From: Marinobacter sp.
GTDB taxonomy: Bacteria; Pseudomonadota; Gammaproteobacteria; Pseudomonadales; Oleiphilaceae
Assembly (NCBI GenBank): GCA_029264995.1
Contig: JAJUKC010000004.1
Span: 406-64,405 of the forward strand
Direction of reading: 5' to 3'
DNA: 64,000 nucleotides
Part shown: positions 1 through 9,079 of the stretch, in pieces
Numbering within the stretch: position 1 is the stretch's first letter
Layout: every line of letters begins with the position of its first letter
Translations under genes and position numbers: made by a program
The notes under the pieces: model-generated
Seen by the model: only the letters and a program-made list of their open reading frames with translations
Told to the model about the DNA's origin: nothing
The model's database searches: none

Positions 1-43
1 TCTGCGCAAAGCGCGTAAGCGTCCGCAGTACTCCAAGCGTTAA
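1..43 (+). CDS. rpsI: 30S ribosomal protein S9, 3' end (partial)
   Basis: Frame from base 2 reads LRKARKRPQYSKR-stop, the S9 C-terminal signature; the position upstream of petA and sspA fits. Confidence 0.93.
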   Translation, partial: LRKARKRPQYSKR

Positions 44-63
44 TCGACGTTCAGTCGATTTGG

Positions 64-93
64 AAAAACCCGGTCTTGTGGCCGGGTTTTTTT
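64..93 (+). terminator. Rho-independent terminator after rpsI
   Basis: AAAAACCCGG-loop-CCGGGTTTTTTT hairpin with a U-tract. Confidence 0.85.
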
Positions 94-281
94 ATATCTG
101 TACTCCGGAAATATTTTTGATCTGGCGCAGGGATAGGCTCGCCTGCCGACCTTTCCGGCTTGTAAGCGGGGGGTAATTTCATTACCATTTCAGCGCTTAT
201 ATTTTTGGGTTGTGAAGTCCTTTTCGAAGCGCAGTGCCGGTTTTTCCGCGTCTGTGCCTCGCCTGATGGGAGAAAACCATA

Positions 282-875
282 ATGAGTAATGGCGACGTGA
301 GCCAAGGCCGGCGCCGGTTTCTGATCGGTGCTACGTCCGTGGTAGGTGGTGTCGGCGTCGTCGGTGCAGCCGTTCCTTTCGTAGCGTCCTGGAACCCCAG
401 TGCGAAAGCGGAAGCGGCCGGTGCACCGGTAACCGTCAATATCAGCAAAATCGAACCGGGTCAGCAAATCACCGTTGAGTGGCGAGGTAAGCCTGTTTGG
501 ATTATCCGCAGAACGGAAGAAATGCTGGCGAATATCGAGAAGCTCAATGACGCAGTGAAGGACCCGATGTCGGAGGCGCCTCAGCAGCCTTCGTATATCC
601 AGGGGCCCTTGCGCGCGATCAAGCCAGAGTTCGGTGTCTATGTGGGGCTCTGTACCCATCTGGGCTGCGTGCCCTCCTACCGGCCAGAGGTTGCGCCGGC
701 TGATCTGGGTGAAAACTGGCTTGGTGGGTTGTTCTGCCCGTGTCACGGTTCCCGCTATGACATGGCCGGTCGGGTTTATGAGGCTCAACCCGCGCCGCTG
801 AACCTTGAGGTTCCGCCGTACCGGTTTGACGATGATGTGACCATGACCATTGGTCTTGATCCGGAGGCCGCGTGA
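282..875 (+). CDS. petA: Ubiquinol-cytochrome c reductase Rieske iron-sulfur subunit
   Basis: Tat motif RRRFL; Rieske boxes CTHLGC and CPCHGS. Confidence 0.97.
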   Translation: MSNGDVSQGRRRFLIGATSVVGGVGVVGAAVPFVASWNPSAKAEAAGAPVTVNISKIEPGQQITVEWRGKPVWIIRRTEEMLANIEKLNDAVKDPMSEAPQQPSYIQGPLRAIKPEFGVYVGLCTHLGCVPSYRPEVAPADLGENWLGGLFCPCHGSRYDMAGRVYEAQPAPLNLEVPPYRFDDDVTMTIGLDPEAA

Positions 876-2107
876 TGCAAAAGCTGATTAACTGGGTAGA
901 CGAGCGTCTGCCAATCGTTGAGGCCTGGAACAAGCACCTGGCCAAGTATTACGCGCCGAAGAACTTTAACGTCTGGTATTTCTTCGGTTCACTGGCAATG
1001 CTGGTGCTGGTCAACCAGCTAGTGACTGGTATCTGGCTGACTATGAGCTACAACCCGTCTGCCGAGGGGGCGTTTGCCTCGGTGGAATACATCATGCGTG
1101 ATGTGGAGTGGGGTTGGCTGCTGCGATACCTGCACTCGACCGGCGCATCTGCGTTCTTCGTTGTGGTGTATCTGCACATGTTCCGTGGTCTCATGTACGG
1201 TTCCTACCAGAAGCCGCGGGAATTGATCTGGATTTTCGGTATGCTGATCTACCTGGTGCTGATGGCAGAAGCCTTCATGGGCTACCTGCTGCCCTGGGGC
1301 CAGATGTCATACTGGGGTGCCCAGGTAATCGTTAACCTGTTTGGTGCGATTCCGGTCATCGGTGAAGATCTGTCTCTGTGGATTCGCGGTGACTATCTGA
1401 TCTCCGGTATCACGCTGAACCGTTTCTTTGCCCTGCACGTGGTTGCTCTGCCAATCGTTCTGCTGGGTCTGGTTGTTCTTCACATCCTGGCGCTGCACGA
1501 AGTGGGTTCTAACAACCCCGACGGCATTGACATCAAGAAGAACAAGGATGAAAACGGTATTCCGAAAGACGGTATTCCGTTCCACCCGTATTACACCGTT
1601 CACGATCTGCTGGGCGTGGGTGTGTTTTTCTTCATCTTCTTCATCGTTGTCTTCTTCTTCCCGGAGGTGGGCGGTCTGTTCCTGGAAAAGCCGAACTTTG
1701 AACCGGCCAACGCCCTGAAGACACCAGCGCACATTGCGCCTGTCTGGTACTTCACGCCGTTTTACGCGATGTTGCGGGCGGTGACGGTAGACTTTATGGG
1801 GCTGCCGGCTAAGTTCTGGGGTGTTGTGGTCATGGGTGGTGCGATTGCGATTCTGTTCGTGTTGCCGTGGCTTGACAGAAGTCCTGTCCGCTCAATCCGC
1901 TACAAGGGCTGGTTGAGCAAGATTGCCCTGGCAATCTTTGCGGTGAGCTTCGTAATCCTTGGCTACCTTGGACTGGTTCCCGCAACAGAAGGTCGCACGA
2001 CTGTCGCTCAGATTTTGACAGTGTTGTACTTCCTCTACTTCATTCTGATGCCGTTCTACACGCGCATGGAGAACACCAAGCCAGTTCCAGAGAGGGTGAC
2101 AGGATAA
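875..2107 (+). CDS. petB: Cytochrome b of the bc1 complex
   Basis: Heme-ligating His residues, PWGQMSYWG, and the gammaproteobacterial PVWY variant of PEWY; ATG overlaps the petA stop. Confidence 0.97.
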   Translation: MQKLINWVDERLPIVEAWNKHLAKYYAPKNFNVWYFFGSLAMLVLVNQLVTGIWLTMSYNPSAEGAFASVEYIMRDVEWGWLLRYLHSTGASAFFVVVYLHMFRGLMYGSYQKPRELIWIFGMLIYLVLMAEAFMGYLLPWGQMSYWGAQVIVNLFGAIPVIGEDLSLWIRGDYLISGITLNRFFALHVVALPIVLLGLVVLHILALHEVGSNNPDGIDIKKNKDENGIPKDGIPFHPYYTVHDLLGVGVFFFIFFIVVFFFPEVGGLFLEKPNFEPANALKTPAHIAPVWYFTPFYAMLRAVTVDFMGLPAKFWGVVVMGGAIAILFVLPWLDRSPVRSIRYKGWLSKIALAIFAVSFVILGYLGLVPATEGRTTVAQILTVLYFLYFILMPFYTRMENTKPVPERVTG

Positions 2108-2862
2108 TGAAAAAGCTGATTGTTGGTCTTTTCATCGCACTCCTGCCAGCGCTTGGCCTGGCGGCTGGTGCCGCGGTTCCTCTTGATCATATGGAGCCGG
2201 ATCATACGGACAAGGCGTCTCTGCAGCGCGGTGCTGCCTTGTTCACCAACTACTGCATGGGATGTCACTCCATGGAGTACGCCCGCTACAAGCGTGTTGC
2301 GGATGATCTGGAGATCCCTGTCGAGCTTTACGAGGAAAACCTGATCTTTACCGGTGCCAAGATCGGTGAACTCATGAAGAACTCCATGAGCAAGGATATG
2401 GCCGCCGGCTGGTTCGGTGCGCCGCCACCCGATCTTACGCTGGAAACCCGTCTGCGTGGTGAGTCCTGGGTATATTCATACCTGCGGGGCTTCTACAAGG
2501 ACGATTCCCGGCCACTGGGCGTAAACAACGTGGTGTTCGATAACGTTGGTATGCCTCACATTCTGGTCGAGATGCAGGGTCTGTGCGCCGTGAAGCCGAA
2601 CATTGGTGTCGGGGCGTCTGTTGAGCCGTTGAGTGGTAACGTCAATAACGCAGACGCTTGCCCGGATTACGCAACGGAAGGCTCGATGTCCGGTGCGGAG
2701 TTTGATCAGGCCATGTGGGATCTGACCAACTTCATGTCCTACATGGGTGACCCGGTCAAGGTGGAGCGCGAGCGTCTCGGTATCTTCGTGCTGATCTTTG
2801 TGGCGATCTTCTTTGTCTTCGCGTACCTGCTCAACCGCGAGTACTGGAAAGACGTACACTAA
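2107..2862 (+). CDS. petC: Cytochrome c1
   Basis: Signal peptide, CMGCH heme motif, PPDL, C-terminal TM helix ending EYWKDVH. Confidence 0.96.
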   Translation: MKKLIVGLFIALLPALGLAAGAAVPLDHMEPDHTDKASLQRGAALFTNYCMGCHSMEYARYKRVADDLEIPVELYEENLIFTGAKIGELMKNSMSKDMAAGWFGAPPPDLTLETRLRGESWVYSYLRGFYKDDSRPLGVNNVVFDNVGMPHILVEMQGLCAVKPNIGVGASVEPLSGNVNNADACPDYATEGSMSGAEFDQAMWDLTNFMSYMGDPVKVERERLGIFVLIFVAIFFVFAYLLNREYWKDVH

Positions 2863-2891
2863 GATTTAGGGTATAATCCCGTGTTCTTGAT

Positions 2892-2923
2892 TCCAGCGAG
2901 TCTTTAAGGCTCGCTGGATTTTT
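2892..2923 (+). terminator. Probable terminator between petC and sspA
   Basis: TCCAGCGAG-loop-CTCGCTGGA followed by TTTTT. Confidence 0.7.
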
Positions 2924-2966
2924 GCGTTTTGCATTGTTTCGATTTTTAGAATCGTGAGGTAGCTAT

Positions 2967-3596
2967 ATGGGCGTTGTGACCAAGCGGTCATCAATGACTT
3001 TTTTCTCGGATCCCGCAAGCCACTACAGTCATCGGGTGCGTATTGTCCTGGCTGAGAAAGGTGTCACTGTTGATATCGTGGATGTGGATCCGGACAACCC
3101 GCCGGCGGAACTGGCGGATCTGAATCCGTACAACGCCCTGCCAACCCTGGTAGACCGGGATCTGGTTCTGTACGAGCCCAATATCATGATGGAGTATCTG
3201 GATGAGCGTTTTCCTCATCCGCCGCTGCTGCCGGTATACCCCGTTGCCCGGGCTAACAGCCGCCTGATGATTCACCGGATTCAGAAAGACTGGTGCGGAC
3301 TGGTTGATCAGATTCTGGCGCAGCCAGGTGCCAAGGCCAGCGATGCGGCTCGCAAGGAGCTCAAGGAAAGCCTTCTGGCCACAGCGCCTCTGTTTGCCGA
3401 AATGCCGTTCTTCCTGTCGGAAGAGTTCACCATCGTGGACTGCTGCATTGCGCCGATCCTGTGGCGTTTGCCGGCTCTGGGTATTGAGCTGAATGAAAAG
3501 CAGGCCAAGCCTTTGCAGAAGTACATGGAGAGCATCTTTGCCAGAGAAGGCTTCAAGGCAAGCCTTTCGGATCTGGAAGAAGATATTCGCAGCTGA
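2967..3596 (+). CDS. sspA: Stringent starvation protein A (GST fold)
   Basis: [25 protein letters not shown] and [12 protein letters not shown] motifs. Confidence 0.96.
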   Translation: MGVVTKRSSMTFFSDPASHYSHRVRIVLAEKGVTVDIVDVDPDNPPAELADLNPYNALPTLVDRDLVLYEPNIMMEYLDERFPHPPLLPVYPVARANSRLMIHRIQKDWCGLVDQILAQPGAKASDAARKELKESLLATAPLFAEMPFFLSEEFTIVDCCIAPILWRLPALGIELNEKQAKPLQKYMESIFAREGFKASLSDLEEDIRS

Positions 3597-3632
3597 TTGT
3601 CAGCGCCCGTATTTCAGGGCAGGAGTTAAGCA

Positions 3633-4058
3633 GTGTCTGACATGACTATCGCCATGACATCCAGTCGCCCCTATCTGGTCCGTGCGTTGAACGAATGGAT
3701 CCTCGATAATGACTGTACTCCGTATATCGTGGTTGATGCCGGTATTCAGGGTGTTCAGGTGCCTACTGAGCATGTTGCCAACGGCCAGATTGTGCTCAAT
3801 ATCAGCCCCGGCGCCGTGCGCGGACTGGTGATTGGCAATGGTGCACTGGAATTCAGTGCTCGTTTCGGTGGTGTGCCGATGCAGGTCTTCATCCCGTTGC
3901 AGGCGGTGATGGCGATCTATGCCAAGGAAAACGGTGAGGGCATGGTGTTTGGCAGTGAACCCGGCTCTCCCGATCCGGAGGGTGGAGGTGAGCACAAGTC
4001 GTCACGGCGAGCGGAAGACCGCCCCAGTGGCAGGCCAACCCTGAAAGTGGTCAAGTAA
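3633..4058 (+). CDS. sspB: ClpXP adaptor SspB
   Basis: RPYLVRALNEWILDN, FSARFGG, and the C-terminal ClpX-binding LKVVK; AGGAG RBS before the GTG. Confidence 0.96.
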   Translation: MSDMTIAMTSSRPYLVRALNEWILDNDCTPYIVVDAGIQGVQVPTEHVANGQIVLNISPGAVRGLVIGNGALEFSARFGGVPMQVFIPLQAVMAIYAKENGEGMVFGSEPGSPDPEGGGEHKSSRRAEDRPSGRPTLKVVK

Positions 4059-4059
4059 T

Positions 4060-4086
4060 AAAAAGCCGGCGACGCCGGCTTTTTTA
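4060..4086. terminator. Bidirectional terminator between sspB and the SIS gene
   Basis: AAAAAGCCGGC-GAC-GCCGGCTTTTTT between convergent genes. Confidence 0.85.
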
Positions 4087-4677
4087 TTAGCCGCCGAAAA
4101 GTTTATGGTCAATCAGGTCGCAGAAGGCGTTGATGATGACCAGCAGCAAGGGTGTGGCCTCGCTTGGCGGCAAATCGTTCAGAGCAATTTCGTGGTCTTC
4201 CGGGTGCATCAGGGAGGTGATGTCGGACTTTTCCCTGGCGCTCAGCACCACAATCCTCATTTCCCGATCATGGGCAGCCTGTATGGCCTGTATCAGGTTT
4301 GCCTTGTGGCCGTCGTCGACGATCACAAACAGAAGGTCCCCGGGTTTTCCGATGGCCCTGACCTGGCGGGAGAAGGTGTCGTTAAACCGGTTATCGCGGC
4401 AGATGGCGGAGTAGGTCGTGGCGTCCGCCCCAAGGTTGATTGCCGGGAGTGCCGGGCGATCCTGGTCAAAGCGGGATAGTAATGCCGTGCAGAAGTACTG
4501 GGCCAGCACATTGGCGTTGCCATTGGCGCAAGTGATGATCTTGCCGTCCTGGAGCAGGGCGTCAACAAATGCCTGGGCCACCTGCTCAATGGCGGGGCCA
4601 GCGGTGCTTGCCGCCTGCGCTGTGTGCTCCATATGGCTGGCGAACCACTGGTTGATTCTCTGTTCGGTGTCGGTCAT
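4087..4677 (-). CDS. SIS-domain protein, DiaA/GmhA family (DiaA-like, sugar-phosphate site degenerate)
   Basis: 196 aa from ATG 4677; RFDQDRPALPA, FSRQVRAIGKPGD and CDLIDHKLF match the family; syntenic with lpoA-yraN. Confidence 0.85.
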   Translation of the reverse strand: MTDTEQRINQWFASHMEHTAQAASTAGPAIEQVAQAFVDALLQDGKIITCANGNANVLAQYFCTALLSRFDQDRPALPAINLGADATTYSAICRDNRFNDTFSRQVRAIGKPGDLLFVIVDDGHKANLIQAIQAAHDREMRIVVLSAREKSDITSLMHPEDHEIALNDLPPSEATPLLLVIINAFCDLIDHKLFGG

Positions 4678-4687
4678 GGTTTTCTGG

Positions 4688-5059
4688 TCAGTCTGCCTGA
4701 ATTGCGTTTTTGATCCATTGTATACGGTACTTGCTGGATTGGCCTGGTGTGATGCCGATAACATCGATCCGGCTGTTCCGGTCCCAGAGTCCGTGGCGGT
4801 GCAGGTAGAAGGAGGCGGCGCGGACCAGGCGTTGCTGCTTTAGTGGCGACACCGAGCTGATCGGATCCACGAGTGCACCGTCGGCGCGGAAGCGAACCTC
4901 AAAGAACACCAGCGCCTCGTCATCCATTCCAATAAGATCGATCTCGCCGCCACGATTGTGCACGTTCCGCTCGAGAATCCGGATTCCCCGGCTTTCGAGA
5001 TACCGGGCGGCGACACCTTCGTAATGCTGTCCGAGCTTTCTGGAGCCTTCCCTGGCCAT
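4688..5059 (-). CDS. yraN: YraN/UPF0102 family putative endonuclease
   Basis: GEIDLI, LVFFEVRFR and RIDVIGI motifs; synteny. Confidence 0.92.
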   Translation of the reverse strand: MAREGSRKLGQHYEGVAARYLESRGIRILERNVHNRGGEIDLIGMDDEALVFFEVRFRADGALVDPISSVSPLKQQRLVRAASFYLHRHGLWDRNSRIDVIGITPGQSSKYRIQWIKNAIQAD

Positions 5060-5065
5060 CGGTCA

Positions 5066-6919
5066 TCAGTTGCTTGCAGCGGGGGCGGTTTCGGCCTCCC
5101 GGGGGGCGATCGGAGACAGCAGGTTGGGCGTTCCGTTCTGGAATTGTGCCCAGAGTTGCTCGCGATGAATGCTGCCGTCTGGGTCCATGGTCAAAATGCC
5201 GGTTTGCCCTTCGATGGCGGCATCTTCAACCTGGCGCAGAAGTGGCAGGCGCTTGCTCAGTTGCCAGGCGTCGGCACCCATGGCGAAAAGACGACCCAGT
5301 TGCCCAGTGGTGCCACTCAGATACTGGCGCGATTCTTCTCGCAGGGGATTCGTCTCGGCCAATACCCAGGGGATGTCCGTAAAGAAGACGCGGTCGATAT
5401 CTCGATCCCGGCCCGGATTCGGCGTACCTTCGTATACGATGGAGGGTGAGTATACCGGCAAATCGCCACCGTAATAGAAGGCGAACAGCGGCTTGAACTG
5501 GCGGGCGACTGTGGGGGCGGCAACCAGCACGATGCCTTCGGCATCCTGTCGGCGACGGGGTTCGAATTCCACGTTCAGCCCAATCGTGCGTTCGACCTGA
5601 ATGGCCCGTTGGCGGGATGTGGTAATGCCCAGCAAGTCAGCCGTGACTGAGCGCAGATTGTCTTCCGGGAAAAAGCGTTCGATGTCGAGCGCTCGCAACC
5701 CGAGCTGGTCCATCCTCGTCCGCAGAGCGGTTTCAACCCGGTCGCCCCATTCGCCGTGGGGAATCAGCACGAGAACCTGCTGGATGTTCTCGGCATCGAG
5801 CCGGTCGGCGATCTGTCGTGCCTCATCTTCGGCAGAGAGTCCGAACTGATAAAGGCCATCCGGGATGCGGGCATCAGGGGCAAGGTAATTCAGGCCCAGG
5901 GCAGGAACCGGCAGCGTGTTCATGTTTGCAAGCTGGGATAGGGCTTCCTTGTCCAGCGGGCCGACAATCAGGTCAATATCGCTGTTGGAAAGCTCCCGGT
6001 AGAGCTCTGCAAAAGATCCGCTGGAGGTGTCGATGATCCGGATGTCGGTTTTACTGCGGTCCGTGGTTTCGTCCTGATAATAGGCGGCCAGGAAACCATC
6101 ACGAATCGCTTTGCCGGCACTGGCGAGTGCACCCTGCAGAGGAATCGCGAGTGCCAGTTTTTCCGGGCGGCTTGCGGCCAGCTCGGCCAGCAGGGCCAGA
6201 TCCATGGGGAGTACCTGGGCTGCAGGGTGCCCGGGCCAGTTGTTCTGCCATTGCCGGATCAGACGTCCCTGATCATCCAGGCTGGCTTCTTTGGTGCGCA
6301 GACGCAGCGCCAGCTCCAGCCAGCCCTGAACCTCGAACCCGAGGGCGTTGTCGGAGGCGGACTGCAGGGTTGAGCGATTGATGGGCTTGAGCAATTGCCA
6401 AATGCGATTGTGCACCTCCTGCGGGGAAGTGCTGGAGTCGGTCTGGCTGAGCAGGATCAACGTCAGTGCCCCGTCCAAAGGTTGTCCGGCCAGTTCAAAG
6501 GTGCGGGCCTGGAGCATGGCTGCCCGGGACATTAACTCCGCGGGGTAGGCAAGAAAGCTTTCGGGGGTGCGGTCTGTGGCAAGTTGTTCGGCCCATTGGC
6601 CGTCCTGTAACTCGCTGGCACTGGCCATGGCCAGCAGGAATTGCTGTCTGGCGATATCCTCCGGCGCATTGTCCAGAAGGGGGGCCTGGAGAATGGTTCG
6701 GGCATCCTCGTGGCGGCCCTGATCCTGGAATCGGCTGGCCACCCTTAACAGATAGCGTTGGCCAACCACCGGATCACGCTCATCACTGGCCAGTGACAGC
6801 GCCTGCTCCGGACTTTGTGCCATATGTTCGTCGAGATTGACGGTGGCGCAGCCGCCCAGATAGAACAGAATGAGGGTGATCAGGGCCAGAATTGGGCTGT
6901 GACGGAAGCGATTTGTCAT
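5066..6919 (-). CDS. lpoA: Penicillin-binding protein activator LpoA (LppC family lipoprotein)
   Basis: Lipobox LGGC after ATG 6919; GWLELA, WPGHPAA, IVGPLDK, FGLSAEDEA and RLFAMGADAW. Confidence 0.92.
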   Translation of the reverse strand: MTNRFRHSPILALITLILFYLGGCATVNLDEHMAQSPEQALSLASDERDPVVGQRYLLRVASRFQDQGRHEDARTILQAPLLDNAPEDIARQQFLLAMASASELQDGQWAEQLATDRTPESFLAYPAELMSRAAMLQARTFELAGQPLDGALTLILLSQTDSSTSPQEVHNRIWQLLKPINRSTLQSASDNALGFEVQGWLELALRLRTKEASLDDQGRLIRQWQNNWPGHPAAQVLPMDLALLAELAASRPEKLALAIPLQGALASAGKAIRDGFLAAYYQDETTDRSKTDIRIIDTSSGSFAELYRELSNSDIDLIVGPLDKEALSQLANMNTLPVPALGLNYLAPDARIPDGLYQFGLSAEDEARQIADRLDAENIQQVLVLIPHGEWGDRVETALRTRMDQLGLRALDIERFFPEDNLRSVTADLLGITTSRQRAIQVERTIGLNVEFEPRRRQDAEGIVLVAAPTVARQFKPLFAFYYGGDLPVYSPSIVYEGTPNPGRDRDIDRVFFTDIPWVLAETNPLREESRQYLSGTTGQLGRLFAMGADAWQLSKRLPLLRQVEDAAIEGQTGILTMDPDGSIHREQLWAQFQNGTPNLLSPIAPREAETAPAASN

Positions 6920-7063
6920 GGCAGGCTCGGTACTCTCTGAATCATTGGGCTTGTGATGCCGCGTTTTAGCTGGCAAGTTTACCAGCTCCCGGCGCATTTC
7001 ACATGACGGGACAGTCATGGGCCGGAAATAGCGGCGCCGCGGTTCACTTCAGTGGAGTTCATT

Positions 7064-7927
7064 ATGTCCAGTTCTGTAACCGGCGTTGCCGGTGGTCGGC
7101 TTTCAATTGTTGCCACGCCCATCGGGAATCTGGCCGATCTTTCCGATCGTGCCCGCCAGGTGCTTGCGGCGGCGGACCTGGTCGCTGCGGAGGATACCCG
7201 CCACAGCTCGCGCCTGTTGCAGCACCTGGGCCTGAGCAAACCGTTGCTCGCGCTACACGATCATAATGAGAGGGATCGCGTTGGCAGAATCCTCTCTGCT
7301 CTTGGTGAAGGGCTGCAAGTGGCGCTGATTTCCGATGCCGGCACCCCGTTGATCTCCGATCCCGGGTACATCCTGGTGCGTGAGGCCAGAAGGGCGGGCT
7401 TTCCGGTTTCTCCGATCCCAGGTCCGTGTGCGCTGGTTGCGGCATTGTCGGCGGCGGGTCTGCCGACGGATCGTTTTCTTTTTGCAGGTTTTTTGCCGGC
7501 CAAACGGGCGGGTAGACGTTCCGCTCTCGGGGAATTGCGCGAACAGACTGCCACTCTGGTGTTCTACGAATCCCCCCATCGAATTCTGGACCTGATGCAA
7601 GATCTGGTTGATGAGTTTGGCTCTGGCCGGGAGTGTGTGCTCGGTCGGGAGCTGACCAAAACCTTTGAAACTTTCTACAGTGGGACGGTTGAGACGGTAT
7701 TGGTGGAGTTGCAGGCTGACCCGCACGGCAGCCGGGGGGAATTCGTGGTGATGGTCCGGGGTAACGATGCTGTGGCCGGTTCGTCGGCCGATCTGGATGC
7801 CGATAAACTGTTGAAGCTGCTTGTTGCAGAGATGCCGGTCAAAAAGGCTGCAAAAATTGTCGCGGAGGTCAGTGGCATCGGGAAAAATGAACTGTATCAG
7901 CGTGCGCTTCAGCTCAAGGGTGATTAA
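7064..7927 (+). CDS. rsmI: 16S rRNA C1402 2'-O-methyltransferase
   Basis: VATPIGNL, AAEDTR, SDAGTPLISDPG, FYESPHR and RELTKTFE. Confidence 0.96.
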   Translation: MSSSVTGVAGGRLSIVATPIGNLADLSDRARQVLAAADLVAAEDTRHSSRLLQHLGLSKPLLALHDHNERDRVGRILSALGEGLQVALISDAGTPLISDPGYILVREARRAGFPVSPIPGPCALVAALSAAGLPTDRFLFAGFLPAKRAGRRSALGELREQTATLVFYESPHRILDLMQDLVDEFGSGRECVLGRELTKTFETFYSGTVETVLVELQADPHGSRGEFVVMVRGNDAVAGSSADLDADKLLKLLVAEMPVKKAAKIVAEVSGIGKNELYQRALQLKGD

Positions 7928-7930
7928 GCC

Positions 7931-7959
7931 TTGCATGCCTGCGCGCACGCGGGTATTGT
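7931..7959 (+). promoter_or_regulatory. Sigma70 promoter of rnpB
   Basis: TTGCAT-17 nt-TATTGT, followed by a GC-rich stretch just before the RNA. Confidence 0.65.
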
Positions 7960-7965
7960 CAGCGC

Positions 7966-8312
7966 CGAGCTCGCCAGACAGTCGCCGCCGGTTTTACCGG
8001 GGGAGGAAAGTCCGGGCTCCGCAGGGCAAGGTGCCAGGTAACGCCTGGGCGGCGTGAGCCGACGGAAAGTGCAACAGAAAGTATACCGCCTAAGCGCTCT
8101 CGGGCGCCGGTAAGGGTGAAATGGTGCGGTAAGAGCGCACCGCGTGGCTGGCAACAGTCCACGGCGATGGTAAACCCCACCTGGAGCAAGACCAAATAGG
8201 AATCCAATGGCGTGGCCCGCGCTGGATTCGGGTAGGTTGCTTGAGGCCTGTGGTGACGCAGGCCCTAGATGAATGACTGTCCAAGACAGAACCCGGCTTA
8301 TCGGCGAGCTCG
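7966..8312 (+). ncRNA. rnpB: RNase P RNA (class A)
   Basis: Universal motifs GAGGAAAGTCCGGGCTCC, GGTAAACCCC, CTAGATGAATGACT and CAGAACCCGGCTTA; ends GAGCTCGCC and GGCGAGCTC pair as P1. Confidence 0.97.
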
Positions 8313-8529
8313 CCTCTTTTTCTGATTATTCGGATGTGATCTGCATCCTTCTCACAAGTTACCTTTTATAGCCAAAAAATCTTAAACCTTAAGTTGGCTA
8401 TCTAAAGGTGTCTGCAGGTATTTGTTTTTTATCCTTTTCTTTACGTCTTTTTAACGCTTCGCTCCGTTTCTGCTTTGTAACCTATTGTCGTTAAAGGAAC
8501 TTTCCTGAGTGTGGTGCCTGTTGCGGCGC

Positions 8530-8558
8530 TTGCATTGTTATTTACGTGTTTCTATAGT
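8530..8558 (+). promoter_or_regulatory. Sigma70 promoter of the dcw cluster (Pmra)
   Basis: TTGCAT-17 nt-TATAGT upstream of mraZ. Confidence 0.7.
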
Positions 8559-8566
8559 GTGCGGGA

Positions 8567-8600
8567 GTGGGAAAAAGTGGTTTTTGGTGGAATTTTGTGG
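8567..8600 (+). promoter_or_regulatory. MraZ-binding direct repeats
   Basis: GTGG at 8567, 8577, 8587 and 8597, an exact 10-bp period, between the promoter and mraZ. Confidence 0.85.
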
Positions 8601-8626
8601 AAATGAAACCCTCGGACTAGACGTTA

Positions 8627-9079
8627 ATGAGCAATTTTCTTGGCAGTCATGCCATCAATATGGACGCAAAGGGTCGCCTGGCGATCCCGACAAAGGTGCG
8701 CGAAGAGCTCGCGCAGCTTTGCGGTGGCCGTATTGTATTGACTGCCAACGCCGATGAGGAGAAGTGCTTGTTGCTCTATCCCGAGCCGGAATGGGAAGTG
8801 CTGCGTCCGAAAATCGAGGCCCTGCCCAACATGAATAAGGCGGCCAAGCGCCTGCAGCGTCTGATTCTTGGTAACGCTGCCCTCATGGAACTGGATGCGT
8901 CCGGCCGGATTCTGGTACCGCAGACCCTCAGAAATCACGCCAATCTTGAAAAGCGGCTGATGTTGGTCGGTCTTGGCAAGAAATATGAGTTATGGAGTGA
9001 GGAGAGCTGGAATGCTTACCTCGACGCCTCCGCTGCCGACGAGGAAATGCCACCGGAAATGGAGGCGCTGTCGCTATGA
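8627..9079 (+). CDS. mraZ: Transcriptional repressor MraZ
   Basis: Two AbrB-like repeats, DAKGRLAIP and DASGRILVP. Confidence 0.96.
   Translation: MSNFLGSHAINMDAKGRLAIPTKVREELAQLCGGRIVLTANADEEKCLLLYPEPEWEVLRPKIEALPNMNKAAKRLQRLILGNAALMELDASGRILVPQTLRNHANLEKRLMLVGLGKKYELWSEESWNAYLDASAADEEMPPEMEALSL

Noticed and set aside
51-788. 245-aa minus-strand ORF over petA and its leader
   Set aside because: Antisense to a well-supported gene and runs through the rpsI terminator.
282-2862. petABC inserted between rpsI and sspA
   Set aside because: A common arrangement in bc1-containing gammaproteobacteria; not novel.
7821-8284. Several short ORFs between rsmI and mraZ
   Set aside because: They overlap RNase P RNA, which explains the region.
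8335-8350. CRP-like site TGTGATCTGCATCCTT downstream of rnpB
   Set aside because: Only the left half-site matches; the right half is TCCTT rather than TCACA.
8567-8600. Periodic repeats as a CRISPR array or iteron set
   Set aside because: The units are 4-bp cores with a 10-bp period and are explained as MraZ boxes; no cas or rep genes.
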